From a virus (taxonomy: Duplodnaviria; Caudoviricetes): a stretch of 64,000 nt of DNA. The notes below the pieces were generated by a model, which was not told the DNA's origin, searched no databases, and saw only the letters and a list, made by a program, of their open reading frames with translations. The stretch covers positions 4,048 through 68,047 of IMG/VR virus record IMGVR_UViG_3300013936_000025. One strand, given 5' to 3'. Positions 28,341 to 39,200 of the stretch are shown here, piece after piece (the stretch's first letter is position 1; every line of letters starts with the position of its first letter). The translations under genes and the position numbers were made by a program.

Positions 28341-28784
28341 ATGATTAAAAAGACATTATATAAACTATTGGATATTCACCCTAATGCCATGTCCTTTCAA
28401 AGTAGCATGGACTTGACTGAACTTCCTGTTGTGACATTCTACCAAGGAAACAAGAAAATCAACTTTTTGCTAGATACAGGAGCCACTTGCTGCACCATTG
28501 ATGAAACCTATTTGAAAGAACTCAAGTATACAATGCTTGACATGGAAACCAATCAATATGGCATAGATGGACAGAAGGTTACATGCAAGACCTGTAACAT
28601 AGATATTACTTACAAGGATAAGGGTTATCATTGCCCATGCATTATCAGGGATTTGAGTGACATTATCAAGAGTATAAAGCAAGAAAGTGGTATTACATTG
28701 CATGGTATCATAGGAACCAATTTCTTTAGTTCTTTTGACTATGTGTTGGATTTTGAGAAATATATAGCTTATAGTAAGAAATAA
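28341..28784 (+). CDS. Retropepsin-like aspartic protease
   Basis: FLLDTGATCCTI and GIIGTNF motifs. Confidence 0.85.
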   Translation: MIKKTLYKLLDIHPNAMSFQSSMDLTELPVVTFYQGNKKINFLLDTGATCCTIDETYLKELKYTMLDMETNQYGIDGQKVTCKTCNIDITYKDKGYHCPCIIRDLSDIIKSIKQESGITLHGIIGTNFFSSFDYVLDFEKYIAYSKK

Positions 28785-28785
28785 T

Positions 28786-30996
28786 ATGATATATTTGGTA
28801 AGTGCTAATCAACAACTATTTGAAAGTGAGGTCTATAAAACTATCTCTGTAGAAGAGTCTCTTGCCATTATGAAAGATTGGAAAATGATTCAGTTTGACA
28901 CTGAAACCACTGGTCTTGATGGACACATAGACAGTAGTCTAATGTGGCAGTTTGGTAATATAGAGGAAACTATTCAAATAGTTGTTGATACTTCTACTAT
29001 AGATGTAAAACTGTACAAAGATAAATTAGAGAGTTCCTTTATTATTGGTACTAACTTAGGCTTTGATTGTAAGTTTGGCTTCAAGGAAGGTATTATATTA
29101 AGAAAAGTATATGACCTAATGATTATTGAGCAATTACTCTATTTAGGTTTTCCTAACTTTATGATTGGTGCTTCCCAAGATATAATAGATTCTTATTGTC
29201 AAGCTGTAGATGAATGTTCCAGTTGGGGTAACATGAACTCCAAGCAAAAAAGTGAATATATTCAAGCTGTTGTGCCAGAAGTATCAGACTTTATCACTCA
29301 TCATAGTGGCGTAGGATTGAAAGCTATGTGTTATAGATACCTTGGGGAAGAGATGGACAAAACTGTAAGAGGTGAAATTATCTGGAGGGGTATAGATGAT
29401 AGAACAGTACTCTATGGTGCTGGAGATGTTAAGCCTCTATATAGGATAATGCAGAAGCAACTTGCAATCCTTAGACAAAGAAATATGATAAAAGCAGCTA
29501 AAGTAGAATGTGACTTTGTTCCCATCAAAGCATATTTTGAATGGTGTGGAGTCCACATGAATGAAGCATTATGGAAGCAAAAAATGCAACAGGATGAACT
29601 AAAGAGAGATACTGCTTTACAAAAGCTAAATGACTTTGTTGTTAACTTTGGGGATAAAAAGTTCTTTAAGGTTAATCTTGAAGGAGACTTATGGTCTGGT
29701 TATGATACTACACCTAAATGTACTATCAATTGGAATAGTACTTCCCAAATTATTCCTTTTCTTACAGCCTTAGGATTCAATTGCAGAGGTATTGATAAGA
29801 AAACTAAGGAAGAGAAAGACAGTATTGATGCCTCTGTATTAAAACCTCAAAGAGATATTAATCCCGAATTTTATGATACCTATCTAGCCTATTCAGAAGC
29901 TAACAAAGTATGTACTACTTATGGACAAAATTATCTCAATGCAATTAATCCTTTAACAGGAAGAGTACATACAACCTTCCGAGCACTTGGGACAGACACA
30001 GGAAGGCTTGCATGTGGTTCCCAACAACAGAATGCGTCCTTAGCAAAGCTAAAAGGATTACCATTGAAAACTCCTAAAGACACTAAACTGAAATGTGCAT
30101 ATCCCCAGTTACAGAACCTTCCTGCTGATGAAGTTACAAGAGCTTGTTTCTGTGCAGAGAAAGGCAATGTCTGGATTTCTAGGGACTACAAAGGAGAAGA
30201 AAGTGTTTTGATGGCAGATTTCTCACAAGATAAAGCTATGCTGAATGTATTCCTTAAAGGGGAAGATATGCACAGTACAGTAGCATATATGGTCTTTCCA
30301 AATGATATTCCAAGAGATACTCCCATAAAAGACATTAAGGCTAAATATAAGCATCTTAGACAACTTGCAAAAAACCCGGAATTTTGTTTTGCCTATGGTG
30401 GTAATGATACTACTCTTGTATCTCAATATGGAATGGAACCTACTTTTGCTAAATCTATTTATGATAGTTACATGAAAGGTTTCAGTGGTATCTCTAAATT
30501 CCAAGAAAAAGAAAAGAAATTTGTAGTAAACAATGGGTATATTCTTATCTCCCCTGTAACGGGACATAAGTCTTATTGGTGGGATTGGAAATATTGGAAG
30601 AAAGTGCAGCAATCTTTTGACTCAAAGTTTTGGGAAGAGTATAAAACCTATCATAAAGGTACAGGAGATAACATTGCAAAGAAGGTATCTACCCATTTTA
30701 AAGCAAAAACAAAGTATGAAAAGAATGCTTGCAACAGTCCTCTTCAAGGTTCAGGGGCAATTATCTTCAAGATATTCTGTAAAATGCTCTTTGATTGGGT
30801 TGTAGACAATGGATACTTTAATGTTATAAAATTCTGTATTCCAGTGCATGATGAATTGAATATAGAATGTCCAAAGGAACTACAAGATATTGCAGATGCT
30901 AAATTGGGAGAGGTAATGAGGGAGGCAGCAAAACCTTTCCTCAAAACTCTAGTATTGGATTCAGATAGTGAAATTTCAGATCATTGGGTTCATTAA
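28786..30996 (+). CDS. polA: Family A DNA polymerase with 3'-5' exonuclease
   Basis: FDTETTG exo I; TGRLA; motif A DYKGEE; motif B RQLAKNPEF..AYG; motif C VHDE. Confidence 0.93.
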   Translation: MIYLVSANQQLFESEVYKTISVEESLAIMKDWKMIQFDTETTGLDGHIDSSLMWQFGNIEETIQIVVDTSTIDVKLYKDKLESSFIIGTNLGFDCKFGFKEGIILRKVYDLMIIEQLLYLGFPNFMIGASQDIIDSYCQAVDECSSWGNMNSKQKSEYIQAVVPEVSDFITHHSGVGLKAMCYRYLGEEMDKTVRGEIIWRGIDDRTVLYGAGDVKPLYRIMQKQLAILRQRNMIKAAKVECDFVPIKAYFEWCGVHMNEALWKQKMQQDELKRDTALQKLNDFVVNFGDKKFFKVNLEGDLWSGYDTTPKCTINWNSTSQIIPFLTALGFNCRGIDKKTKEEKDSIDASVLKPQRDINPEFYDTYLAYSEANKVCTTYGQNYLNAINPLTGRVHTTFRALGTDTGRLACGSQQQNASLAKLKGLPLKTPKDTKLKCAYPQLQNLPADEVTRACFCAEKGNVWISRDYKGEESVLMADFSQDKAMLNVFLKGEDMHSTVAYMVFPNDIPRDTPIKDIKAKYKHLRQLAKNPEFCFAYGGNDTTLVSQYGMEPTFAKSIYDSYMKGFSGISKFQEKEKKFVVNNGYILISPVTGHKSYWWDWKYWKKVQQSFDSKFWEEYKTYHKGTGDNIAKKVSTHFKAKTKYEKNACNSPLQGSGAIIFKIFCKMLFDWVVDNGYFNVIKFCIPVHDELNIECPKELQDIADAKLGEVMREAAKPFLKTLVLDSDSEISDHWVH

Positions 30997-31005
30997 ACTA
31001 TAATT

Positions 31006-31746
31006 ATGAAAGTAACAGAAGAAGAATTAATAGAGATATGGCACTACTTTCAGTATTGTTGCCTGCCATCAATCATTATGGCAAGATATGCCTATCTTGA
31101 CTATATTGAAGACATCAAGAAAGACAAAGTATTATATAGACATGAAATGAAGCAAGCCATCAACAAGATAGGTAAATACCTAGAAACCTTACCTAACAAG
31201 TTGATGGATGTCAATACTCAGAATGTAAGGTATATGAATATACTTGGTGACAATATTGATGAGCAGTTTGATAATGAGACAGAGGAATTGCATAGAGCAA
31301 TTTACATATCATTCAGAAATGCCAAGTGGGAACATGCTAAGAGTCTTGCAGCTCTTCATTTTATCCTTACCATGATGGATATAGCTTCTGCTACCTTCAT
31401 CCAGTGTTGCAAGGACTTGAAGAATCTCTCTGGCAAGGATGCTACAGAGGCATTCCATGTATATGACTTGTCAGAGACAGAAGATAGCTGGCTCAAGATA
31501 GTAAGGAAAGCCAATATTCTCCTTGACAATAGGAAGAAAACAGAGCCAGTAGACTTGAATAATATTAGGTGTACCAAGGCAGTAGATGCACTAAGGAACA
31601 AACTCTCTGACATAGAAACCCTAAGGATAGCCATGGAGAAATCCTATCCTTGGAGTCCTAATTACAAGGAGGGTGTTCCTTATGAGCAATCTGCTGACTA
31701 TATGATAGTACACCATGAAGATAATGAAGCTAAGAAAATAATTTAA
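31006..31746 (+). CDS. Hypothetical protein, 246 aa
   Basis: ORF track. Confidence 0.8.
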   Translation: MKVTEEELIEIWHYFQYCCLPSIIMARYAYLDYIEDIKKDKVLYRHEMKQAINKIGKYLETLPNKLMDVNTQNVRYMNILGDNIDEQFDNETEELHRAIYISFRNAKWEHAKSLAALHFILTMMDIASATFIQCCKDLKNLSGKDATEAFHVYDLSETEDSWLKIVRKANILLDNRKKTEPVDLNNIRCTKAVDALRNKLSDIETLRIAMEKSYPWSPNYKEGVPYEQSADYMIVHHEDNEAKKII

Positions 31747-31756
31747 ACATAAGATT

Positions 31757-32215
31757 ATGCTGATAGAAGTAAAAGCCAAGGTAGCTTGGAAGATTGACAA
31801 TAAGATAAAGAAGAAACTTGAGACTTATATCATTGACAAAGAAATCTTTGCTGAGGCAGAGTATGCAGTGATGAAGCTACTCAATGATGCTATTAATGAT
31901 AGTACTGTAGAAAGCTTTGAAATTACAAGCCTTAGACTTTCTGTAGTCAAGGAAATCATCACTCAGTATGATGGAGAAAGCAGCTTTATTGCTACTCTTA
32001 GAGATACTATGCTTCAGGATGATGGCTCTGAGAAGCAAATTAAATACAAAGTGTTGTTATGGGCAAACAATATCTCTGAAGCAATAACTCATACAAGAGA
32101 GATAGCACAGCAAGGTTATGATATGCAAATAGATAGTCTCAAGGAAGTTAACTATACATATTTAGAAAACAATGACAATGAAGAAACAATCCCAGAAAAT
32201 CAAGTCTCAGAATGA
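31757..32215 (+). CDS. DUF4494-like protein
   Basis: EVKAKV...ETYIID..FAEAE and ...YKVLLWA.NI.EA pattern of this Bacteroidota family. Confidence 0.6.
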   Translation: MLIEVKAKVAWKIDNKIKKKLETYIIDKEIFAEAEYAVMKLLNDAINDSTVESFEITSLRLSVVKEIITQYDGESSFIATLRDTMLQDDGSEKQIKYKVLLWANNISEAITHTREIAQQGYDMQIDSLKEVNYTYLENNDNEETIPENQVSE

Positions 32216-32438
32216 GCTTGACACTCTCATCAAGAATACAAAGCATGACTATCCATTGGAGTGTTTCGTAATGTTGAACTTTGGTCTCAGAAGCTCAAAG
32301 TTTGTTTCTCTCAATGAAAATGGAGATTATTATGTCTACAATGAATGTGATGACTCTGAGGAAATCATTAACCATGGTGACCTTATGACATCATTCATTG
32401 GGGAAGCAATTAGTAAAGGTGCATTATATAAGTATTAA
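32172..32438 (+). CDS. Hypothetical protein, 88 aa
   Basis: ORF track. Confidence 0.7.
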   Translation: MTMKKQSQKIKSQNELDTLIKNTKHDYPLECFVMLNFGLRSSKFVSLNENGDYYVYNECDDSEEIINHGDLMTSFIGEAISKGALYKY

Positions 32439-32439
32439 T

Positions 32440-33060
32440 ATGGAACAGTTAAAAAAAATAAGTGATTCTTTAGAGAAATTATCATATCTATTAGACCAAG
32501 GATTTACAGCCCCAAAGGAAGCAAATTGGGATGATATACAAGATAAATTAAGTAATGTATGGAAAGATTTCAAGGAACTTGAAAAGATTCAGAACTATAC
32601 CAATGTCTCTAGTACTCCAATAAAGGATGAACCTAGGAAGATTAATTCCAATGGAGAGGCAGTAAATCACCCTCTTCATTACCAAGGTTTGGAAGTAAAT
32701 GGTACCTCTGTAGAGTGTATAGATGCCATGAAGTTTCTTAAAGGATGGTATAAGACAGCTATATTCAGTGAACTTAATGCCTTTAAGTATAATTGGAGAA
32801 GTGGTGAGAAAGATGCTATTCCTCAAGAGCTAGGAAAAATCGGATGGTATGGCAATAAGGCGCAAGAACTTTGGAAAGAAAACCTTAATTGGTTTTATCC
32901 TAAGAATAAACACTACTATGCCATTATAGATATAGGCACCATAAAGATGAAGAATCCTACTACTGGAGAATGGAAAACTGCTATCTTATATTCTGATGGT
33001 AAGGGACTATATGTAAGAGACCTTGAAGATTTCAATAATAAATTTAAGTTTGACAAATGA
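32440..33060 (+). CDS. DUF3310 (SaV-like) domain plus DUF1653-like C-terminus (start probably ATG32440)
   Basis: VNHPLHY...ECIDAM...NAFKYNWR..EK; then HYYAII...ILYSDG..LYVRDLEDF. Confidence 0.7.
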   Translation: MEQLKKISDSLEKLSYLLDQGFTAPKEANWDDIQDKLSNVWKDFKELEKIQNYTNVSSTPIKDEPRKINSNGEAVNHPLHYQGLEVNGTSVECIDAMKFLKGWYKTAIFSELNAFKYNWRSGEKDAIPQELGKIGWYGNKAQELWKENLNWFYPKNKHYYAIIDIGTIKMKNPTTGEWKTAILYSDGKGLYVRDLEDFNNKFKFDK

Positions 33061-33578
33061 GTTTAGATTTATATATTAAGAGTAAGACTCCTGTGCTTCA
33101 TAGAGGTACAGGAGTTTATATCAGAGAGAACGGAGAGACTATAGAGTTAAAGACTAAGCAGGAAGTATTAAGGCACTTTCCTGGTGCCAATCCTGATGAT
33201 ATTGAAGAGAAGACTTATGAAGATAATGAGTATTTTCACATGAATCTTACACACAATCTAACAGAGATGGCTGAGAAGTGTAAAGCAGAATACTATAGTG
33301 ATTGTATAACTATAAATGGAGAAAGGGCAACTTTATATGATTTGCTATGGCATCCTAAGGAAAAATTAGGGATTGAAGAACCTACTTTAGAATACTTACA
33401 AGGACTAATGTCTTGTTATAAAGTACTTTTGAAGGATAAGGACTATTATAGAAAGTTCAATCCTAGTAATGGTTGGGATACTTATGAGCAGTTAGTAAAG
33501 AGAACCAAGGAATATCTTACAGTCCTTCAATCAATCTCTGATAATTTCGAGAACTACACAATAATAGCAGATACTTAA
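33057..33578 (+). CDS. Hypothetical phage protein, 173 aa
   Basis: MSLDLY...NLTHNLTEMA...FNPSNGW pattern. Confidence 0.8.
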   Translation: MSLDLYIKSKTPVLHRGTGVYIRENGETIELKTKQEVLRHFPGANPDDIEEKTYEDNEYFHMNLTHNLTEMAEKCKAEYYSDCITINGERATLYDLLWHPKEKLGIEEPTLEYLQGLMSCYKVLLKDKDYYRKFNPSNGWDTYEQLVKRTKEYLTVLQSISDNFENYTIIADT

Positions 33579-33590
33579 TAAACAACAAAT

Positions 33591-34001
33591 ATGAAAGATA
33601 ATTGTCCTGTAATGATGCAATCAGAAGAAGCTAGAGCACCTTGGAATGAGAAGGAACCTACTCCTATACAAGTAGATTGCACTGTATGCTATTGCATGAG
33701 TAAATCCATGCCTGTGAATATAGTCAATCATCATGATAACTATTCTAAGTATGAAGATGTAAATTTCATTGAGGAATATAAGAATGATAATCATGCTATA
33801 GGCATCCCTACCCTACTTAGTGAATTGCAAAGACTATGTGATGAAAAGATAGCACAGCTTCGCACAGAAGGCATAATGCTTGAGGATAATGAAAAGAGTC
33901 TTCAAAACAAAATTATTAAGAAAATCAAGCATTATCAAAAAGTTTTAAAAGCTTCAGAAGATTGGGTAATAGATGACTTAGATGTAATAAATGAAGAATA
34001 G
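33591..34001 (+). CDS. Hypothetical protein, 136 aa
   Basis: ORF track. Confidence 0.75.
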   Translation: MKDNCPVMMQSEEARAPWNEKEPTPIQVDCTVCYCMSKSMPVNIVNHHDNYSKYEDVNFIEEYKNDNHAIGIPTLLSELQRLCDEKIAQLRTEGIMLEDNEKSLQNKIIKKIKHYQKVLKASEDWVIDDLDVINEE

Positions 34002-34212
34002 TATGATTAGAGATTTATCAATAAACTTTGAATATGAGGGGCTGCAACATTTCATTAAAGTCCCTACTGAGGATGAAAACCTCCCATATAACTTAGCAGA
34101 GGCATTCAAGGAAGTAATAACAAAATCCAATGCTAACTCTGAAATGGTTATTGACCAACTGACAGAGTACTTTGGATATATACCTAAAGATGAAAACTAT
34201 GACAAAGAATAG
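33991..34212 (+). CDS. Hypothetical protein, 73 aa
   Basis: ORF track; overlaps neighbours. Confidence 0.65.
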   Translation: MKNSMIRDLSINFEYEGLQHFIKVPTEDENLPYNLAEAFKEVITKSNANSEMVIDQLTEYFGYIPKDENYDKE

Positions 34213-34558
34213 CATTAAGTTAAGTCCTAAGCATGGTGTCAATCCATCAGTTCTCCATTGCATCTGCTGTGGTAAGGACTATGGAGTAGCCATGCTTGGA
34301 AAACTCAAAGGAGACAAAGAAGCTCCTAGGGACATATATCAAGGTCTTTGTAATGATTGCCAAGGGGTAGTAGACCAAGGTGGAGCAATGATTATCAAGG
34401 TAATTGATGGGGAGAAAGGCAATAATCCTTGTAGAACAGGTAGACTAGTTGGAGTGTCAAAGGACTTCAAGGAAAGAAACCACATGAATAACCCTATCAT
34501 GTATATGGAAAGAAGTTTATTCTCAAAGGTATTTGGAGGAGTAAACTTCAGTAAATAA
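34199..34558 (+). CDS. Zn-finger-like hypothetical protein (start probably ATG34199)
   Basis: KHGVNPSVLHCICCGK...CNDC. Confidence 0.7.
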   Translation: MTKNSIKLSPKHGVNPSVLHCICCGKDYGVAMLGKLKGDKEAPRDIYQGLCNDCQGVVDQGGAMIIKVIDGEKGNNPCRTGRLVGVSKDFKERNHMNNPIMYMERSLFSKVFGGVNFSK

Positions 34559-34577
34559 CAATTAAAACCAAACAGTT

Positions 34578-34895
34578 ATGTATTTAGAAGATGGAAGAGA
34601 AATCTATGAGAGTGACAAATACCCAGGTTACTACATAGATGCTGACACAGGAGATTTCTGTGATGAGAATGGCAACTATATAGGAGGAAATCAAGATAAT
34701 GGCGATACTCCTTATGGTAGAGGCATTGCATCCTGCTATATAGTATATGTCTCAAAGACTGGCAAGCAATATTATCCTAAGAGGACTAAGACTGCCACTA
34801 TCTCCATGAGGTTGTCAGAGGCTGTAAGGAAAGGCTATAGACCCTCCAGAGGTTATCAAAGTTATATTAAGAAACAATCCAAAAGAAAAAAGTAA
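34578..34895 (+). CDS. Hypothetical protein, 105 aa
   Basis: ORF track. Confidence 0.7.
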   Translation: MYLEDGREIYESDKYPGYYIDADTGDFCDENGNYIGGNQDNGDTPYGRGIASCYIVYVSKTGKQYYPKRTKTATISMRLSEAVRKGYRPSRGYQSYIKKQSKRKK

Positions 34896-34896
34896 T

Positions 34897-35544
34897 ATGT
34901 TAGAAATATCCAATGTAAAGGTATATGACCTAAGAGAAAGTGTAATTGCCTCTGGTAATGCTATGAGGCTAGAGCCTGTGGAATATTCAGATAGTGAGTT
35001 TATAAAAGGACTCAATAGAATGGCAAGGTTAGTTCATGCTAGTAATTCTACAGATGTACATTGTCATGATAATGCACTTTGTGGTATTAGGGTAAGCTTT
35101 GACATCAAGTATCCTCAATATTGGTCAATGGAGTTTCAAAGATACCATTTTACAGACATAGTGACTTCCTCATCAAAGATGCATAGACTCCTAAAAATGA
35201 ACTTGGACAGTGCTTGCAATGATTATGTTACTCAAGAGACTATCAATAACTTGAAGAAGTACATCTTTGAGTATAACTCTATAAAGGCCAAATATATGCA
35301 TGAGAATCTACTTAATTCAAAGGAAGCAAGTGAGGAAATCTATAATACTTGGATGAAGGTATTGTCCAATACTCCTTTAGGGTTAGAATTATTCATGAGA
35401 GTAAGTACTAACTACAAGCAACTACAAACTATATACCATCAAAGAAAGAATCATAAGTTAAAGGAATGGCATACTTTCTGTAAGATGATAGAAGGATTGC
35501 CATATTTCAAACAATTAATTCTAGGAGAAGAAGAATATGAGTAG
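34897..35544 (+). CDS. ThyX-like (flavin-dependent thymidylate synthase-like) protein
   Basis: EFQRYHF..IVTSSSKMHR...PLG...STNYKQL..IYHQRKNHKLKEW resembles the ThyX layout, but the RHR motif is altered. Confidence 0.55.
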   Translation: MLEISNVKVYDLRESVIASGNAMRLEPVEYSDSEFIKGLNRMARLVHASNSTDVHCHDNALCGIRVSFDIKYPQYWSMEFQRYHFTDIVTSSSKMHRLLKMNLDSACNDYVTQETINNLKKYIFEYNSIKAKYMHENLLNSKEASEEIYNTWMKVLSNTPLGLELFMRVSTNYKQLQTIYHQRKNHKLKEWHTFCKMIEGLPYFKQLILGEEEYE

Positions 35545-35953
35545 TTATTTATCATTTTTTATTGTTCCTAAGAGGAAAGACCTTCAAAAGGAACCTAAGA
35601 AGCACATTATCACAGCTTCTTATAGTAGAAGTACTGAAATATACCAATACTTTGATGAAAATATCCATCCTGTATGGGCAGGTAATGAGGAGAAATATAC
35701 TACTCTAACTCTAGAAAATCTAGCCTTAGTATTCAAGGACTTTGATAATGACATCAACAAAGCAAAGGCTAGACTTACAGAGTATGAGAAGTATGCTTCA
35801 AAGAATCCTGATTATATTCAGGAAATCATAGAGACTAAGGAATACATATCAGACCTAGAAGCATGGAAGAACAAACTTACCTTCATTGAGGATATTCTTG
35901 ATGATATGTCATGCTATGATGAGATAGAGGAAATATGTTGTAACATTAGTTAA
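35537..35953 (+). CDS. Hypothetical protein, 138 aa
   Basis: ORF track. Confidence 0.75.
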   Translation: MSSYLSFFIVPKRKDLQKEPKKHIITASYSRSTEIYQYFDENIHPVWAGNEEKYTTLTLENLALVFKDFDNDINKAKARLTEYEKYASKNPDYIQEIIETKEYISDLEAWKNKLTFIEDILDDMSCYDEIEEICCNIS

Positions 35954-35965
35954 TAGAAAAGAATT

Positions 35966-36145
35966 ATGATTAGACATAAATGGTCTGTAGGCTTGAGAAA
36001 TAAGCTTGACAGCATGTGGATGGAATGTGATTCCTGTGCTGCTATTGAAGGAGCCAAGATGACTCCGAGGGAAAGAGAGGAGCTAAAGAAATTAATAAAG
36101 AAGGCAGCAGATTGGATTGATAAGAAAATACTGCCACGCAAGTAA
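35966..36145 (+). CDS. Small hypothetical protein, 59 aa (not in ORF track)
   Basis: ATG35966..TAA36145 fills the gap before the terminator; preferred over the antisense ORF 35950..36141. Confidence 0.55.
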   Translation: MIRHKWSVGLRNKLDSMWMECDSCAAIEGAKMTPREREELKKLIKKAADWIDKKILPRK

Positions 36146-36149
36146 TATC

Positions 36150-36190
36150 AAGGGAGAGATAGCGCATATACTATTCTCTCCCTTATATTT
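36150..36190 (+). terminator. Terminator closing the replication block
   Basis: AAGGGAGAGATAG/CTATTCTCTCCCTT inverted repeat. Confidence 0.7.
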
Positions 36191-36258
36191 TAATAAGAAA
36201 CCCTTTAAATAATATAAAGATATTGGTTAATTCATAGCGATTTGCTAGATTAATTTTG

Positions 36259-36266
36259 TATCTTTG
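36259..36266 (+). promoter_or_regulatory. TAnnTTTG promoter box for the giant RNAP gene (TTTG at 36241 as possible -33)
   Basis: TATCTTTG ending 27 nt upstream of ATG36294. Confidence 0.7.
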
Positions 36267-36293
36267 CCTCAGAAATTAAATAACATATAATTT

Positions 36294-39200
36294 ATGGGAT
36301 GTGTAAATAAAGCAAGTAAAGAGTTCAAGGACTTAGCTGCAAGACATGACTTGGCAGCCAACCAGCTTGAGCTTTATACTCATAAGTATTGGTTACAGAC
36401 AGGGAATGAAACTCTCTTTCCTACAGATGTTTATATTCAGGCTCAAATGGGAAACACCCATTACCAGGAGTCTGGAGAGAATGTCAGGAGATTATGGCAA
36501 ATGAGATATAATTCTCCTATTGAGTGCGGGAATATTCATGTCTTGAATGCAGCTAAGAGAGAAGCTTCTAAGTATTTTCCTAAGGGAGCATTGTTCTCTT
36601 ACAGAAATGCTAATGGGGACTTAGTACTTTCTGTACAAAGACCTGTAGAAAAGGCTAACTATAGCAAGGATAGCTTCTTTGATGATATGGATAGCATGAA
36701 TCCTAAGGATGTCAAGACTTATAACTTAGGTATTAAGGAGAACTATTCCTATGGCATTGGCAAGGTACAGGAACTTTTCAATAAGTTCAATACAGATAGG
36801 ACTTCAAGGGACTTGGCAGATAGAGTATTCAATATTGCCAAGAACTTAGGTCTGAATATTACCTTCAATGAAAGTCTTCCTTTTGGTACCATTGGTAATA
36901 CAAAGAATAATAATACCATTACCTATAAGAAGTCTTTCTTTGAGAGAGCTACTATGGATTCCAAGAAAGCCCCTATCCTACTCCATGAGGTAATCCATGC
37001 CTTGTCTATGTATGCTCTTTCAAACCAAACACTCAATTGGAAGAGACCTAAAGAATTACAGCAATTCAGAACTGAGATAAACTCCCTTTATCAAGACCTA
37101 AAGAATAATCCTATCTTGAAAGGTGAAAGAGGTATTGTTGATGTAAATGAGTTTGTAGCAGAGTTAGGTAATCCAGTCTTTAGAAATAAGATTAAGGAGC
37201 TTGACAAGCAGAACAAAGAGAAAAAATCTTTTTGGTCTAGAGTACTTGATGCCTTTAAGTCTCTCCTTGGGCTTCATACATCAAATAGCTATTACCAAAG
37301 GTCAATGAATGCCCTTGACAAGGCTCTTGATGCCTTTGACCTTGATACTTATATGAGATATAATGGTATCAAGAATACATTGAGAAAAGGGTATAATGAG
37401 AAAGAATGGGATTTTAGAACATTGTCTGATGATAAGTTGAAGACTAAGATTAATGACTATTTTGATAGTAAGGTCTATGATGATGAGTTACTTTCCTTTA
37501 AAAGAAGGGCTATTGCCAATGGTACCTTTATGAAGGCTCCTAATGGTAAATCTACAAATCTTAATGAGAGACAGTGGCTTCAAGTAAGGACTAAAGCCTT
37601 TAAGAATTGGTTTGGTGATTGGGAGAATGACCCTAAGAATGCTTCTAAAGTTGTTGATGAGAATGGGGAGCCTTTGGTAGTTTACCATGGAAGCCCAAAG
37701 CAGTTTAGTATCTTTGATAAAAGTAAAAACAAGAAAGGGCAATGGCAAAATGTAGATGGTAGCCTCATTGATTTTGACACAAATAATACTTTCTTTTTCT
37801 CTGATAACAAAGCTGTAGCAAAATCATATTCTTTTCTAAACAAGCTGACAGGAAAAGAAATATCAAATAGCGGAATTAATACCATTAATAAATATTTGGA
37901 AAGTATTAAGTACTTAAATAACTTAACTATTAATGATAATATAGAAAAGTATACAAATACTATAGAAGATGCCATAAAAGATATAGGAACTTACCGAGAC
38001 ACTACAATCTATAAGGCATTAAAAAAAGAAAATATTAATGGAACTCTAACTATAGTCAATGGAAAGTTAGTACTTAAGTCTAATTTTCTTGAAGGTTTTA
38101 AGTATCAAGTATTGCCTGATAGATTCTTTGAAGATGCTATAAATTCAATAAAGACAGTATTAGATAAGAGGATAAAATCATATAGCAAACCAAGAACTGA
38201 TTGGGATGGGACTCCTATTCCAGTAGTAGATTTAAATAAAAATGTTTATGCTGTTTTCTTGAATATAAGAAATCCTTTTGCATATAATTATAAAGGAGCA
38301 AATATTAATGGAAAGTATAAAGAAAAATATCCTATAGAATATATTAATGCCAGGCAAGTAGCAAAGGCTATTAAAGAAGGAAATGATGGGGTTATTTATA
38401 ATAACATATCAGACCCATACTTGGCTAATAATTATGGTATTTTTAATCCTAATCAAGTTAAATCTGCCACAGACAATATAGGTACATTCTATACTGATAA
38501 TAATGAGATTTATAATTATGAGTTATCTAAAGACTTGATATATAGTCTCTCAGGCAAAGACCTAAAAGATGAGTTATCTCTCATAAAGCAGGAATCTGCT
38601 GACTATGACCTTGTAAATCATATTGAGGAAGAGAAGAAGCATAGTGGTAAGGCTATACCACATGACTTCACTTTCAATGATGGTACTGTAGTCAAAGCTC
38701 CTTTCATGCCAAATGCACAACAGATAGATGCCCTCAATGCCATGTCTGATTTCATCAAGTCAAGAGAAACCTCTATGACTCTTAGTGGATATGCAGGTAC
38801 TGGCAAGACTTCTCTTATGGAAATGATTGCCAAGAAATGTCAAAAGCAGAATAAGCCAGTGATGTTTTGTGCTACCACCAACAAGGCAGCGGCAGTACTC
38901 AATGAGAGAGTGTCCAAGGCAGGATTCAAAGCTGAGACCTTGAATAAGGTGTTTGGTATCAGTGTTGAGATAGACCCTAATAGCAAGACCTATAATGCAA
39001 GAAACTTAGTGAATAATCTCAAGGATATTGATATTCTTCCTAATACTACCATTATTATTGATGAGGCATCTATGATTAATGAGGAGAACTATAGGATTCT
39101 CAATGACATTGCAAGAAATAAAGGACTTAAAATTATCTATGTAGGGGATGAAGCCCAGTTAGCTCCTGTCAATGAGGAACAAATCTCTAAAGTGTTCAGA

